A DNA stretch of 36,028 bases from Cercozoa sp. M6MM (lineage: Eukaryota; Protista; Endomyxa: Ascetosporea). The notes under the pieces were generated by a model, which did no database searches, was not told the DNA's origin, and was given only the letters and a program-made list of their open reading frames with translations. Shown in pieces: positions 22,443 through 32,797 of the stretch. The stretch lies in the NCBI GenBank assembly GCA_040357565.1, contig JBDODJ010000116.1, one strand, 5' to 3'. Made by a program: the position numbers and the translations under genes. Position 1 is the stretch's first letter. The number at the start of each line of letters is the position of its first letter.

Positions 22443-25400
22443 TTATCCACGCTGTTGGAAGTCGCCAACAACAGCTGCGAATGTGCGTGGGCACCGGATT
22501 AGCATCACGTCCGTGTCCCTGGAAAAAAAACGTATGGAACACCAGGATGAGTTAAACTGAAGGAGCTACAGCAAGGCGCACTCGCGAACAACGACGCTTT
22601 TATCGTCGTTGACGGTGACGTTGCCCAAGGCATTGCTGTGGTCAAGATTCGTGGTAATGAACTGAGATAGAGAAGAAGGTGGCCTACACGGAAGGTGCCG
22701 CTCCGAGCTGCTGCGCAACAGTGCCATCGGAGAGTAGACGATGCACTCGCACTCCTCGTTTCGTGTGCAATGATATCTGCAAGTCTGGATTATGGGATTA
22801 GTGTATGTTATAATTTGTACCACAACAAGGTCGGAAGTGCGAGCAGCGAAGCGAGTCCAGCCAAAGTCTTCGCTCTCCTTTGCGACTACACCAAGTATCC
22901 CTCCATAGTATCAGTTCACTAGGGTCCCACCAAAACAGAGGTACTCGAAAGAAAACGGTTCATGAGCGACGAGACGCGAAAGCGTTGTCCCGGCGGAAGC
23001 ACCGACTGCTCCTCTTCGCTCTCATTCGCTCTGAGATTTTGGTTTTTGAATATCGACTTCGCATTAAACAGTGCAAGCTTGGAACTGTGTACTTTGACAC
23101 ATCGGTTGGTGCAACAGCGATGTGCACAGCACGGATGCGACGCAACAGAACTCGTGTCAAACGTCGGACATCACCGCACATCGAACGAGGGAGCATGCTA
23201 GCCTGTGTGTGTACGGAAGTTTCTACCTCCTCCATCAACAGGTAATCGCGTACCAGGTAGGTCGGCGTTAATCGATTCTGGGCTCCCGATGGGGCACCTG
23301 TAGTGAGTATAGAACCACTTTTTGGGGTCTCACAAAGTGTGCTGACTTGTAAGTTTACCATTGGTCGAAATGAGTAAAGCAAAGGTCGCCAGTTGCTCGG
23401 AAGCTTCGGGTGACACTGCACTCCACTCGCCTCGACGCCACTCGTCATAAGCCGTGCCGTACTAACAGTTTAATATCAGTTGAAAGTATCGATTGCACTG
23501 AATGTCAAGTTGGACGGGAAGTCAGTTTACCATGAGATGCAACATACGTAAGTCAACGCTGGGAAGATCATCCAGCATGCCCCAGTGCCACAGTGCGAGT
23601 CGCCATTTCACTCGCAAAAACGGACGTTTCGCACGTGCTCTGCTCTTGCACAACATCTAAATACTTCAAGTTTTACGTGAGTGAAGGTACAGGTTGATCA
23701 TGTGCACCACGTGGAACACCGTGGCACGTCCCGTCCATTGTTTCACTGCTTAAATGTACAAGTGCATCACTGTGTCGATCCATATCAGACCAACATACAC
23801 AGTCGAGTCAGTAGAGCAAAGTCTGTTTCAATCGATACGCGCATTCGATCGCACATTGCAACGCCTTCGCCACCTGTTGTCACACCAGCGTTTCTCCAAT
23901 CACAAACCAGCGTTTCTCCCATCACAAACTCACAGAAAAACTAAGCAGACACACCTGTTTCGAGGCCGAGTGCGAAGGCAGCTTTGCGTGCAACCTCGTG
24001 CAACGAATCGCTCATTCGCGCGTCCACCGACACTGAGGGAACAGTTAAATTGTCAGTTTAGCACGTGTCTGTCTACCAGCCATGTCGCCTCCCTGGACGT
24101 GCAAAAGCAAACTGAGCTTCTGCGCGCAGACGGCGAAAGCTGCGCGCGTCGCTTTTGTTGAAATAGCCGCGATTTTCGGATTTGCGGCGTGGCCGAATTT
24201 GAGTGCCAAAAATGCCAAACCTGCCGCCGAACTGTGCTTTACGATCGTCAAAGTTGCATTTTAACTTGATCTAAACTGAACGTATCTTTTTACCCAGGTG
24301 AATGGGGATCGCGATGCCACAGAAACTTGTCGCTTTGTGCAGCTGCTTCGCTCATCTGCTCCGATACAATGGTCTTTAACTGAAGCTACCAACTGAAAGG
24401 GCAGCTGAAAGGTGCACACCATGAAAGCACGCATCGGAGGTGACGGAGGAAACGTTGACAGTGCCAGGAAGACTGTGATCCATAGTGCCCGTCGCGAGGA
24501 CTGACTCGGATTGTTTCTGCAACAAGAACGAAGCTCCTTTCGCCATTCTTTACAGATCGGTTCGAATGCTAAACTTACATCGTGTGAACGACGAGTTGCG
24601 CGTAAATCTCATCGCGAGCGACTTTCACTTTCTTCCCGAGGCCTAAATTTAAGTAGTGAGACAGTTTATGATGTGTTTGAACATGTGAGGTTTACGCAGA
24701 AGAGCTCGCGCTGCAGAAACACGGTCAGCGGAAAACTGTGCGTCATGAGACACCTCGTGTACTCGCGCACTAACTGCAAACTGAAGTACACAAGTACTTC
24801 ACAGACACACGAAACAGTGTACTGTCAAAGGCGAGTTCATCAAAGAGTTGGCGTTGCCGAGGATTGGCGTTGCTGAGTACAAGAATCGACTCCTGTCGCA
24901 ACTCGCGCTGGTACTGCGTGCGCTCGAACTTGTCTTTGTCGCTCTCTTTCAGCAGTGGGTACTTTGAGCCAAAGTAAACAGTAGTCGTGCAGATAGAAGA
25001 CAACGAAAACGATTGTACTTGCGTGAAAGGCAGCAAGGAAGCGTGCTGCTTCAGCAGTGGTTGTGCGGTCTGCAAAGTCGCTGCTTCAGCACACACGAGT
25101 TGCTCCATCACGCTCAAGTCCGTTGCTTTGTTGAGATCACTTGCTGTGCACACTTTGGGCATTGTGTTTCAATCGAGAGTTCCGTGCTTTGTAAACTTAA
25201 ACTTACCCGGATCAGTGTAGTGCCTAAATTTCGCTCTCGGTTTATGCGGTCGTTTCTGGTGCGATTCCGTATGTCGGCAGCTGCAGTTGTCACGCTCTCC
25301 AACTGACGGCAAAAGCGGCCACTGTAGCCACAGGTGAGGCGGTTTCTTGAGAGGTGGGTGCTGCCACCACACCAACTGAGTCTCTGGCATCTTGGGCAAC

Positions 25401-26847
25401 AAGCGAGGGTCCACCAGTCGCCATGCAGAGATGCTGTTCACAAGGAAGATGCAACAGTAGAAGGCAGGAAACGAAACTACCGTCGACTGGACGGAAGCTT
25501 GAAGTTCACTTTGCCCTTGTGATCCAAGCACAAGTATCCTCTATATACACTTCCGGTAAAGCACACATTCAGTGGATGCTTGCAAAGTAAAGATACTGCG
25601 GGCAGTGTAAGGTGACAATATCGCCGTATCGAAGCACCGCATCTTTCGCATTCAGTTTCTGTGCACGTACTCGCAGCGGTTGTTCCTGTGGCACTTCAGT
25701 GTTGTAAATTGTCACAAAGAGCACAAGCAACAAAGCAGAAAAAGCACGCTGTTGTTGTCGAAAACAAGACCGAGCGTGACGTCGAAATTGCCTTGGATTT
25801 TCAGACCCATTTCGCCTCGCATGTCGCCCTATTTTGTTTATCAAGCAACAAGTGTAAGGTAAACGTGCAACAGTACCTGCAAGAAGACTCCGTTGAACAA
25901 AGGTGTGTTTGAAGGTTCCCCGAGATGCATTCGCAAGCGCGCAGGATCCAGCACGAGGCACAGACCGTCTTGTGCGACCACTTTCTTCCAAATGCCCTAT
26001 GCGAAAGCAGATAATGAAGGAACACAATTATAAAACTGAAGATTAACTGAAGAAATTACAGTTTCTGCGTGCAAGAAATCGCGAACTTCTTCGTACGGAT
26101 CTTCGACGACCTTCTTGTCGGCAGCTTCCTCTTCTACAGGTAAGTTGACACAGTATAAAAATCTGTCAATGTGGATGGAAAGGGAAAACTGGAGCACGTG
26201 GTGTTTGTTCGTGCATCTGAGCCACAGCGGTCATGAGCTGCGTCATTTCCGGGTTCGCATCGGCTTGCATTTTCTGTTGCTGCTGCTGCTGCTTGAGAAG
26301 CTGCTGCGAGTCGAAACCACCGCCTTTCATTTTCTTTTCTTTCCTCCGGGTTTTTCGCTTCAGTTTCCTCTCGCGGTGGTGCACCCGGCACTGGTTGTCC
26401 CTCGCGCATGTCATGCAGTTCAGGCACAACCACTTGCAAGTGCACTGGCATGCCGCTCTCAATCGCTTGTGCCGATCGAGTCTCGCATGTGCATCGGCAT
26501 TGACAAACTCCCAGCGCCTTGTCGACTCTATGGACTCCATATTAAACTTAGATGCAATTGTGTAAAAGTTAAACCTTACATTGCTGAATACGCTTCAGGT
26601 GCTGTGCTAGCTCGCACAGCTTGGACTCGTCGTGCGAAGATGCGCTCGTCCGCGCGGAAGTCTCGAGTTTGACGCTCGCTTCGAGCTGCCGGTGTCTGAC
26701 GAAGCAAGCGGTCGCTCAGCGGTGCACAAGATTCCAACAAGCCTGTGAGATAGAGCAAGGCTATCCCAGATTCAGTTTTGCAAATAAAGAAAGACTGAAG
26801 GAGTCACCTGCTTCGGCACGCAGTTGCGCAAAGGGCGAAACTGTCAT
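22443..26847 (-). CDS. MyTH4-FERM domain protein with an upstream beta-trefoil-like region and no motor domain
   Basis: MyTH4 signature GLGKKVKVARDEIYAQLV (about 24575-24640); FERM F1 LLLHVQGGDMA|VSVDARMSDSLHEVARKAAFALGLE; F2 LHLMYGTAYDEWRRGEW...EQLATFALL; F3 FGWTRFAART..VVISLHTKRGVRVH. Upstream is LRYGDIVTLHCPQGYLCLDHKGKV. The joining of the 5' exons is tentative. Confidence 0.75.
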
Positions 26848-27024
26848 AGCGTATTTGGTTGAACGTTTGGGTTTATAACGATGACAGCTCGCGTATCGAA
26901 TGAGATCTGCCAAAAGCGATGTTAAAAGCACCGCCAACGGCAGTGTTAAAGACTTCGGACTTTTCGTCCCAACAGAATTGTAACGAACATCTTTCGTCTT
27001 TGTGCCTCGATAAGCTCCCTCGCG

Positions 27025-27950
27025 ATGGCTCAAAGATCAAAAAGGCGCAAGAAGCATCTTAAAAAGCAACGACGTCAGTACCTTCGACTCAAAATTGTAG
27101 CTCAAAATCATATCCGTTTTTCTGATTCTGCTTGATGTGACTTTGTTCCAACCGACAGGTACTGCTGGGTGATGCAATGGTCGGCAAGACGACTCTACTC
27201 GGTCAGTTCAGCAACACAAGCGTGGATGACGTTTACGAGCCAACGGTCGGTATTGATTTCCTAAACAAGAGCACAGCTACAAGCGAAGGCCGAAAGGTGA
27301 TGTTGAGTCTCTGGGACACTGCGGGACAGGAACGTTTCCGAAGTCTGATTCCCTCATACGTGAGGTACCCCCCGTTTGTTGATTCCTCAGCTGGCATGTA
27401 AACTTGCTTTCGCAGAGATGCCGACATTGTGCTGCTAGTCTATGATCGCAGCAGCGAGGAGTCGTTCAACAGTCTCGAGTGTAGGTTTGAGATTTATGCT
27501 GTGGGAAACGTCCCATCGGTGTGTACTCAGTCTGGAAGAGCCAAGTGGACGAGCACCGCGGCAACGCGAAAGACGAGCTTCTCGCCTGCGTTATTTCCAA
27601 CAAAAACGATCTCGATGCTGTCGTTACGGATGAGCAGGTACATTCCTCACACTTACGCACTGGTAGGAGAGAAACGTGCTCCCGCAGGGACAGCGCCTCG
27701 CCGAACAACTTGGCGCTCAGCTGTTCGCTTCCACCAGTGCACGCACAGGAGACGGAGTGAAACGCGCCTTTCAACGAATCATCGACACTGCAGGTACTGC
27801 ATAAGACTGTTGTTTCAAAGACAGGTATGAGCGATCGCAATCTTTCTTCTTCCAGCTCGGATGGACGACGACCGAAAGGACACGAAGCCAGTGAAGAACA
27901 CAGTACGCGTCAGTAACCACGCCGCAGCTAAGCCTGGTTGTTCATGTTAA
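27025..27950 (+). CDS. RAB6: Rab6-like small GTPase, divergent, 6 exons
   Basis: [36 protein letters not shown] (Rab6 signature), NKND, TSAR and a C-terminal CSC prenylation motif. Confidence 0.85.
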
Positions 27951-28720
27951 ATTTAGTCTAATCAAGCAGCTGCATGCGCAAACGAGCAGCAGCTGTCAAG
28001 TCTGAAAAATAAGAAACCGTCACGCATGCTGGCTACAATGGCAAGCCCTGCGTCCTGCACGAGGCTGCTTGGCATTCCCATCACACAAGTACAGTCCACA
28101 GTGGCGCGGAATAGCCCGGACGTACGATAGTGAGGTACCAAAAATCTAAAAATCTGGCTTTGGCCAGGCCAGTATTTTTTGTGGTCTTGGCCTGACCTGT
28201 GATCTGTTTTTGTTTTTTCGTGATCCCGTGACCAGCCTTTGTGCTGACACGGTGTGTTTCGTCTAGCTCCTTCCCGCGACTTTTTGTGTTGCACGAGTTT
28301 GTTGGTCAGACTGACCACCACTGCAGGGTGGCTACAAAATAGTGCGATCGACCAACTCTCACTTTCTCACTCAAACACAGCTTATCTCTTTTCAGAAGGT
28401 TGATTTCCTGCGGTCACAGATCCCGCTTTCCCTTCTAACGCCCAAAGTAGCCTCTCTCTTGTGCATGCAGCCCGTTTTTTTTTGAGTCGGGTTGTTTTTC
28501 TGTCGTGCGGTGTCCGTGGCCAGATCGGCTTTGATGCTTTCCCGCGATTCTGTCGATGTTGCCGGTTTACAAGTTTGTGCTGTGTCTGATAGAACACTTG
28601 TATCAAGCCAAGCAAGGCCGAAACTTCGTGCAGACCGAATTGTCTCTGAAGTTTTCGAAAATCACAAGCGCAGTCAGTCGACACAATCAGAAGGACTTTG
28701 ACTCAGAGTGCAAGACAGAA

Positions 28721-30560
28721 ATGGAGTACCCGAGCGACCTGCGCGAACTGTTCGCCGACATGAAGCAGTGCAAGAAGCTGGCGCGTGCCTTCCTCACGAG
28801 CATGCACGTGGGCCAGAACTCGGCGCTGTTGGCGCTGCCCAAGGGCTTCGAGGAGGTCATGCCGTGCTCGTTCGGACCGCCTGAGGTACCGCTATCTGAG
28901 CTTTCATTGTTTTGAACACAGCTTTCTTTTTTATTCTTGATGTTGGCTGATGCATGTTGTTGGTTGACGCATGTTGTTGGTTGATGCAGCTCGGTCTGAC
29001 GCTGGTGAATGTGAGTTCCGAGAGTGCCGAGCATCGCGAGCAGTTCGCGCGTCTCTACGTCGCTGCCTACAGCACCGTACACAGACATCTTGTTTTACCT
29101 GGATCAAATATAAACTGTACATCTGAAGTACAAAGCCGAAAACTCTTTTGTGCGCAGCACCCGCTGGTGGAAGCTCTCGGCATGTCGAAGGACGCACTGT
29201 CGAAATGCGGCTACGGTAGTCTCTGTTGCTAAGTATCTATCTCACTCTATCTATGTACATATATATACAGATATTATATATTATATATATATACAGATAT
29301 ATTTATATATACAGATATATTATGTATATATATATATATATATATAAGATATAGATATATATAAGATATAGATATATATAAGATATAGATATATATAAGA
29401 TATAGATATATATAAGATATAGATATACAGATAGTAGAGGTATAGATGTGTGCAATAAGTGCAGGGTGGTTCGACTCGTGGTGCCGCGCCAAGGTGAGCT
29501 GCTTTGCGCTGGCCGACCCGACGGGCCGCTTCCTGGCCTGCGTGGTGAACGACGACGTGGCCATCAGTCTGCGCGGCAGCGGCCTCAATCCCGAGCTGCT
29601 GCGCGGCATGTCGCCGGCCGACGCCAAGGCCACGACGATGTGGAAGATGTGGACCAAGTTCTCCAAGGGCGAGTTCTTTGCGCGCTACCCGCGCTTCGAC
29701 CCGCACCACCTGGCCACCGGCGTTGCTAGCACCGGCGCCGTCGTCATCCGTCCCGAGGGACAGGCCGGCGGCATCGGTGCCTTCCTCCTCGTGCTGGCCG
29801 CCTCTAGCGCACAGCACCTTGGCTACCGGTACACACTAAGCTTTCTACCTGGCTTGCGAAATTTCGCCAAATTTTGCTTCGAAATTCGCGCGAAGCTTTC
29901 GCTTTTGCTTCGAAATTCGCGCGAAGCTTTCGATTTTGCTTTGATATTCAAGCGAAGCTTTCGCTTTTACTTTCTAATTCGCGCGAAGCTTTCGATTTCA
30001 CTTCGAAATTCGCTCGAAGCTTTCGATTTTGCTTGCGAAATTTGTCGTCTCGTTGTGCTTTGACTGAAATTTCGCGCGAAGCTTTGTGTGGCTTTCAAAA
30101 AAGAACGACATAGCTTTTGGCTTGGTTATGGCAGTTGCTTGTGCGCAGCTACGGCTTTGTGCGTCCGTCGAACCCGCGTTCGATCGCGTTCTGTATGTTA
30201 AGCGATTGCACGTGTATATATCTTTGAGGTAGGTAAGTGTGAGGGATGGGTGTTGTGTGTACAGTCCCGCGCAAGCACTCGGCCTACACGATCGCGATCG
30301 AGAACGCGTCGCTTGGCGAGTTCGTGGACCCGACGAGTGGCAAGCGTTTCTTCACGGGCCTGCCCGAGTCGGTGGCTCGCATCCGGTCCACGGTGGTGTG
30401 CTTCGCGACGACGACGGACGCTTCTGTGGCCGGCGAGATCGCCGAGACTCTGCGCGAGGCCGGCGAGTTCCTGCCGGGTCAGGACGAGGCCACCACACAC
30501 GTGAGCACGCGACAGGTCACGCCGCTTCGCAAGCCTGTCGTCGCTGCCAGTGCGCTCTAA
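28721..30560 (+). CDS. GNAT-fold N-acetyltransferase, arylalkylamine NAT (insect AANAT)-like
   Basis: HPLVEALG; acetyl-CoA motif A-like VVIRPEGQAGGIGAFLL..A...AQHLGYR; SNPRSIAFF; FVDPTSGKRFF. Five introns, strong GC3 bias. The start at ATG 28721 is inferred. Confidence 0.55.
29260..29430 (+). repeat. AT-rich micro/minisatellite ((TA)n and TATATAAGATATAGA-type units), intronic
   Basis: Read directly, within a GNAT-gene intron. Confidence 0.9.
29871..30085 (+). repeat. 31-bp palindrome-rich minisatellite, 5 copies plus partials, intronic
   Basis: Unit (A/C)TTTTGCTTCGAAATTCGCGCGAAGCTTTCG at 29871, 29902, 29933, 29964 and 29995, in intron 29829-30148. Confidence 0.9.
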
Positions 30561-31320
30561 AGCTTCAACTGTCTTAAAATGTGCCAACTAACTCAGCTGT
30601 GCCAACTACTGTCGCTTCACTCAGTTCTCGCTCCGCCCAGAGATATTAATATCCATCGATTAATATCCACCCATCTATGTCAGTGATGATGATTGGTGCC
30701 ATCTGCTGCTGCCGTGTGAGCTGGTGTCACGTCAGATCTAATGGTTCCCGGCATAGATAGCGTTTCTCAAGCCAGTTGTCATCTGACTACTCGTCAGCGC
30801 GGACGATCAAATCTGAACCGGTGTGGCTAATAGTGAAGGATTTGTTTTGCTAGGTATCTCCTGCATACGTCATGAGGCGTATAGTTTGCATTGTCAGTGT
30901 TGTGCAGACCTGACTTCTTAGCTTTGGTCAAGCGACAGATCACGCACTTTGACTGCAGGTATCTCTTCTCAAGCTTCCTTCGCACTCGATACGTCTGCCG
31001 TGATAGCGCTTGGGCTGTTTTTTTTTCATTGCCATCAAGCCATCGAGCTTCCGACGACCTGTTCTACAAGTACGTCTTTTAATCCCTTAGTTACTGGTTT
31101 CAATACCGTAGAACTAAGTTTTAATATGAACTGACGTCAAATCTAATTCTCTCATGAAGTCAGGTCAACTAATGTGAGCTGAGGTCACATTCGATGTGAG
31201 CTGGCAGCACTTTAGTGCTGCGCTGAGAGGCATCATAGGTGCCATTTACAGTGCTTCGACAAAAGTTACGATGCGAGCAGTGAAATAAGCGCGTCGGGCT
31301 CCGATCGACACTCCCGGATT

Positions 31321-31385
31321 GGATGCTCACAATCCGGATGCTCGCAATCCGGATGCTCACAATCCGGATGCCCCACAATCCGGAT
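31321..31385 (+). repeat. 15-bp tandem repeat GGATGCTCACAATCC x4
   Basis: Copies at 31321, 31336, 31351 and 31366. The junctions create the palindrome ATCCGGAT. Confidence 0.9.
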
Positions 31386-31868
31386 TCACTTTCTTTTGTT
31401 TACAAACCGTAACGCTTCCGCGTGTTACCCGGTCGCACAGGCTGAGTACAGCACAGTGCTGCTGACTGCAGCGCAGCACTTTGCGGAAAGCCTCTCTGAC
31501 CCGACCGCTTCGGAAACTGGGTCGACTGGAGGTAGCACGGTGCACTGCCGGAGTTTACTACAGTACTTGGCTCACTACAGTACACAATACGTCGTCTGTG
31601 CTCGTCGATCACAATCGTTTTCCTGTGATGATAGTTACTGTATTTGTCAACTCGTTGGTCGTTGTGTCTGGCTGTCCTCTTGATCGATCGAGTCGCGGTT
31701 TCTGCTCTAAAACAACTCAATGGGCACGCGCTACTGATGATGGGGCCGCTACTGATGGGCCCAGTGGCTGTTCTCGAAAAATTCGCCCTGTTGCACAACA
31801 CAAAGCACACAACAACTTTTTGTGTTAATCTTCGTCTGTAAAGACCCCCGCTCTCTCAAGAAACCAAC

Positions 31869-32217
31869 ATGTGCCGTCACTCCTCGGGCTGTGGTACAGC
31901 ACACTGCAAGAGCGTTTTGCAAAAGCGGTCAGTTGTATTTGCAAAATATGCTGTCTGCAGGTACCTCGGACACGATCCGCTGCAAGTCGTGCGGCACCTC
32001 GATGTGCAAGGGCTGCAAGCGCAACTCTGGCGACGGTAGCGCCTTCTCTCATTCGATTTCATGATCTGATTTGAGTCTGCCTGCCTTGTTTTCCTGACTG
32101 CCTTGTTTTCCTGACTCGCTTGTTTTCCTGACTTGACTGATCGGTGCTAATGCAGGTACGCCGACGCGCTCGGGCAACTCGGCCGCCTGCGGCAAGTGCG
32201 GCAAGAACTACTACTAA
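31869..32217 (+). CDS. 53-aa cysteine-rich putative two-zinc microprotein, 3 exons
   Basis: Exons 31869-31893, 31961-32035 and 32156-32217 give MCRHSSGCGTSDTIRCKSCGTSMCKGCKRNSGDGTPTRSGNSAACGKCGKNYY*. CAACATG start context, GT-AG introns, CTAAT branch-like motif, strong GC3 bias. Confidence 0.75.
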
Positions 32218-32797
32218 GCCGCGGACTCCGCTCGGACGGCGCGAGTTGGCCGAAATGATGATAGTGCCGTGCAGCAACGAGGCCTTCCACGCTAGTTCAG
32301 ACTGTCGCTTTTTAATTGTACAAATTTAGTCAAACTCAACATCAAACAACCTAAACTCTTTGTGCAGTAGCCAACACCGAAATAAACAGAACGCCGACAT
32401 CGCGAGTCAAGCAAAATTTATGGGGGACTGCACAAAGAGTACGGGGGGGGGGGGGGGGTTAAAGAAAGGTACGTGGTCGCCGTGCTGCCGAAAAGCGTCC
32501 TCCGGCAGCGGTTTTTGCACCGCTTTTCGTATTTATCATTTCTACCAACTTGATTGCGTTGATCGTCTTAATTCGGCAGCGTTTGGCTATTTAGACCAAA
32601 TCAAAAGCTTAGATATTAACTATTTATAAACTCACACACGCTGGATCGTCAAAGTGTTGTAGAAATGTTACTTTTAATCAAAATAAGAAAACCTTTGTCT
32701 TTGTAGCGTCTGCAGTGTGCTGCAGAAGTGAGGCTGTGCGTGTCGTTGGAGTAGCAAATTCAATTTAGTGTCAAACAAGCCCGAATAACCTCGTTCG

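Noticed and set aside
28327-28485. MaoC/hotdog-like N-terminal exons for the GNAT gene (QLISFQK|PVF)
   Set aside because: The spliced frame hits TGA immediately after the poly-T run and there is no further similarity. More likely 5' UTR, unless the homopolymer is mis-sequenced.
29871-30085. CRISPR array (palindromic repeats of about 31 bp)
   Set aside because: The repeats are contiguous with no unique spacers, lie in a spliceosomal intron, and have no cas genes nearby.
30683-30786. Box C/D snoRNA (GTGATGA...CTGA; also 31625-31737)
   Set aside because: There is no terminal stem and no recognisable rRNA antisense guide.
31720-31760. 18S rRNA-like fragment (GGGCACGCGCTACTGATG)
   Set aside because: The resemblance is short and gapped with no flanking rRNA similarity; likely chance.
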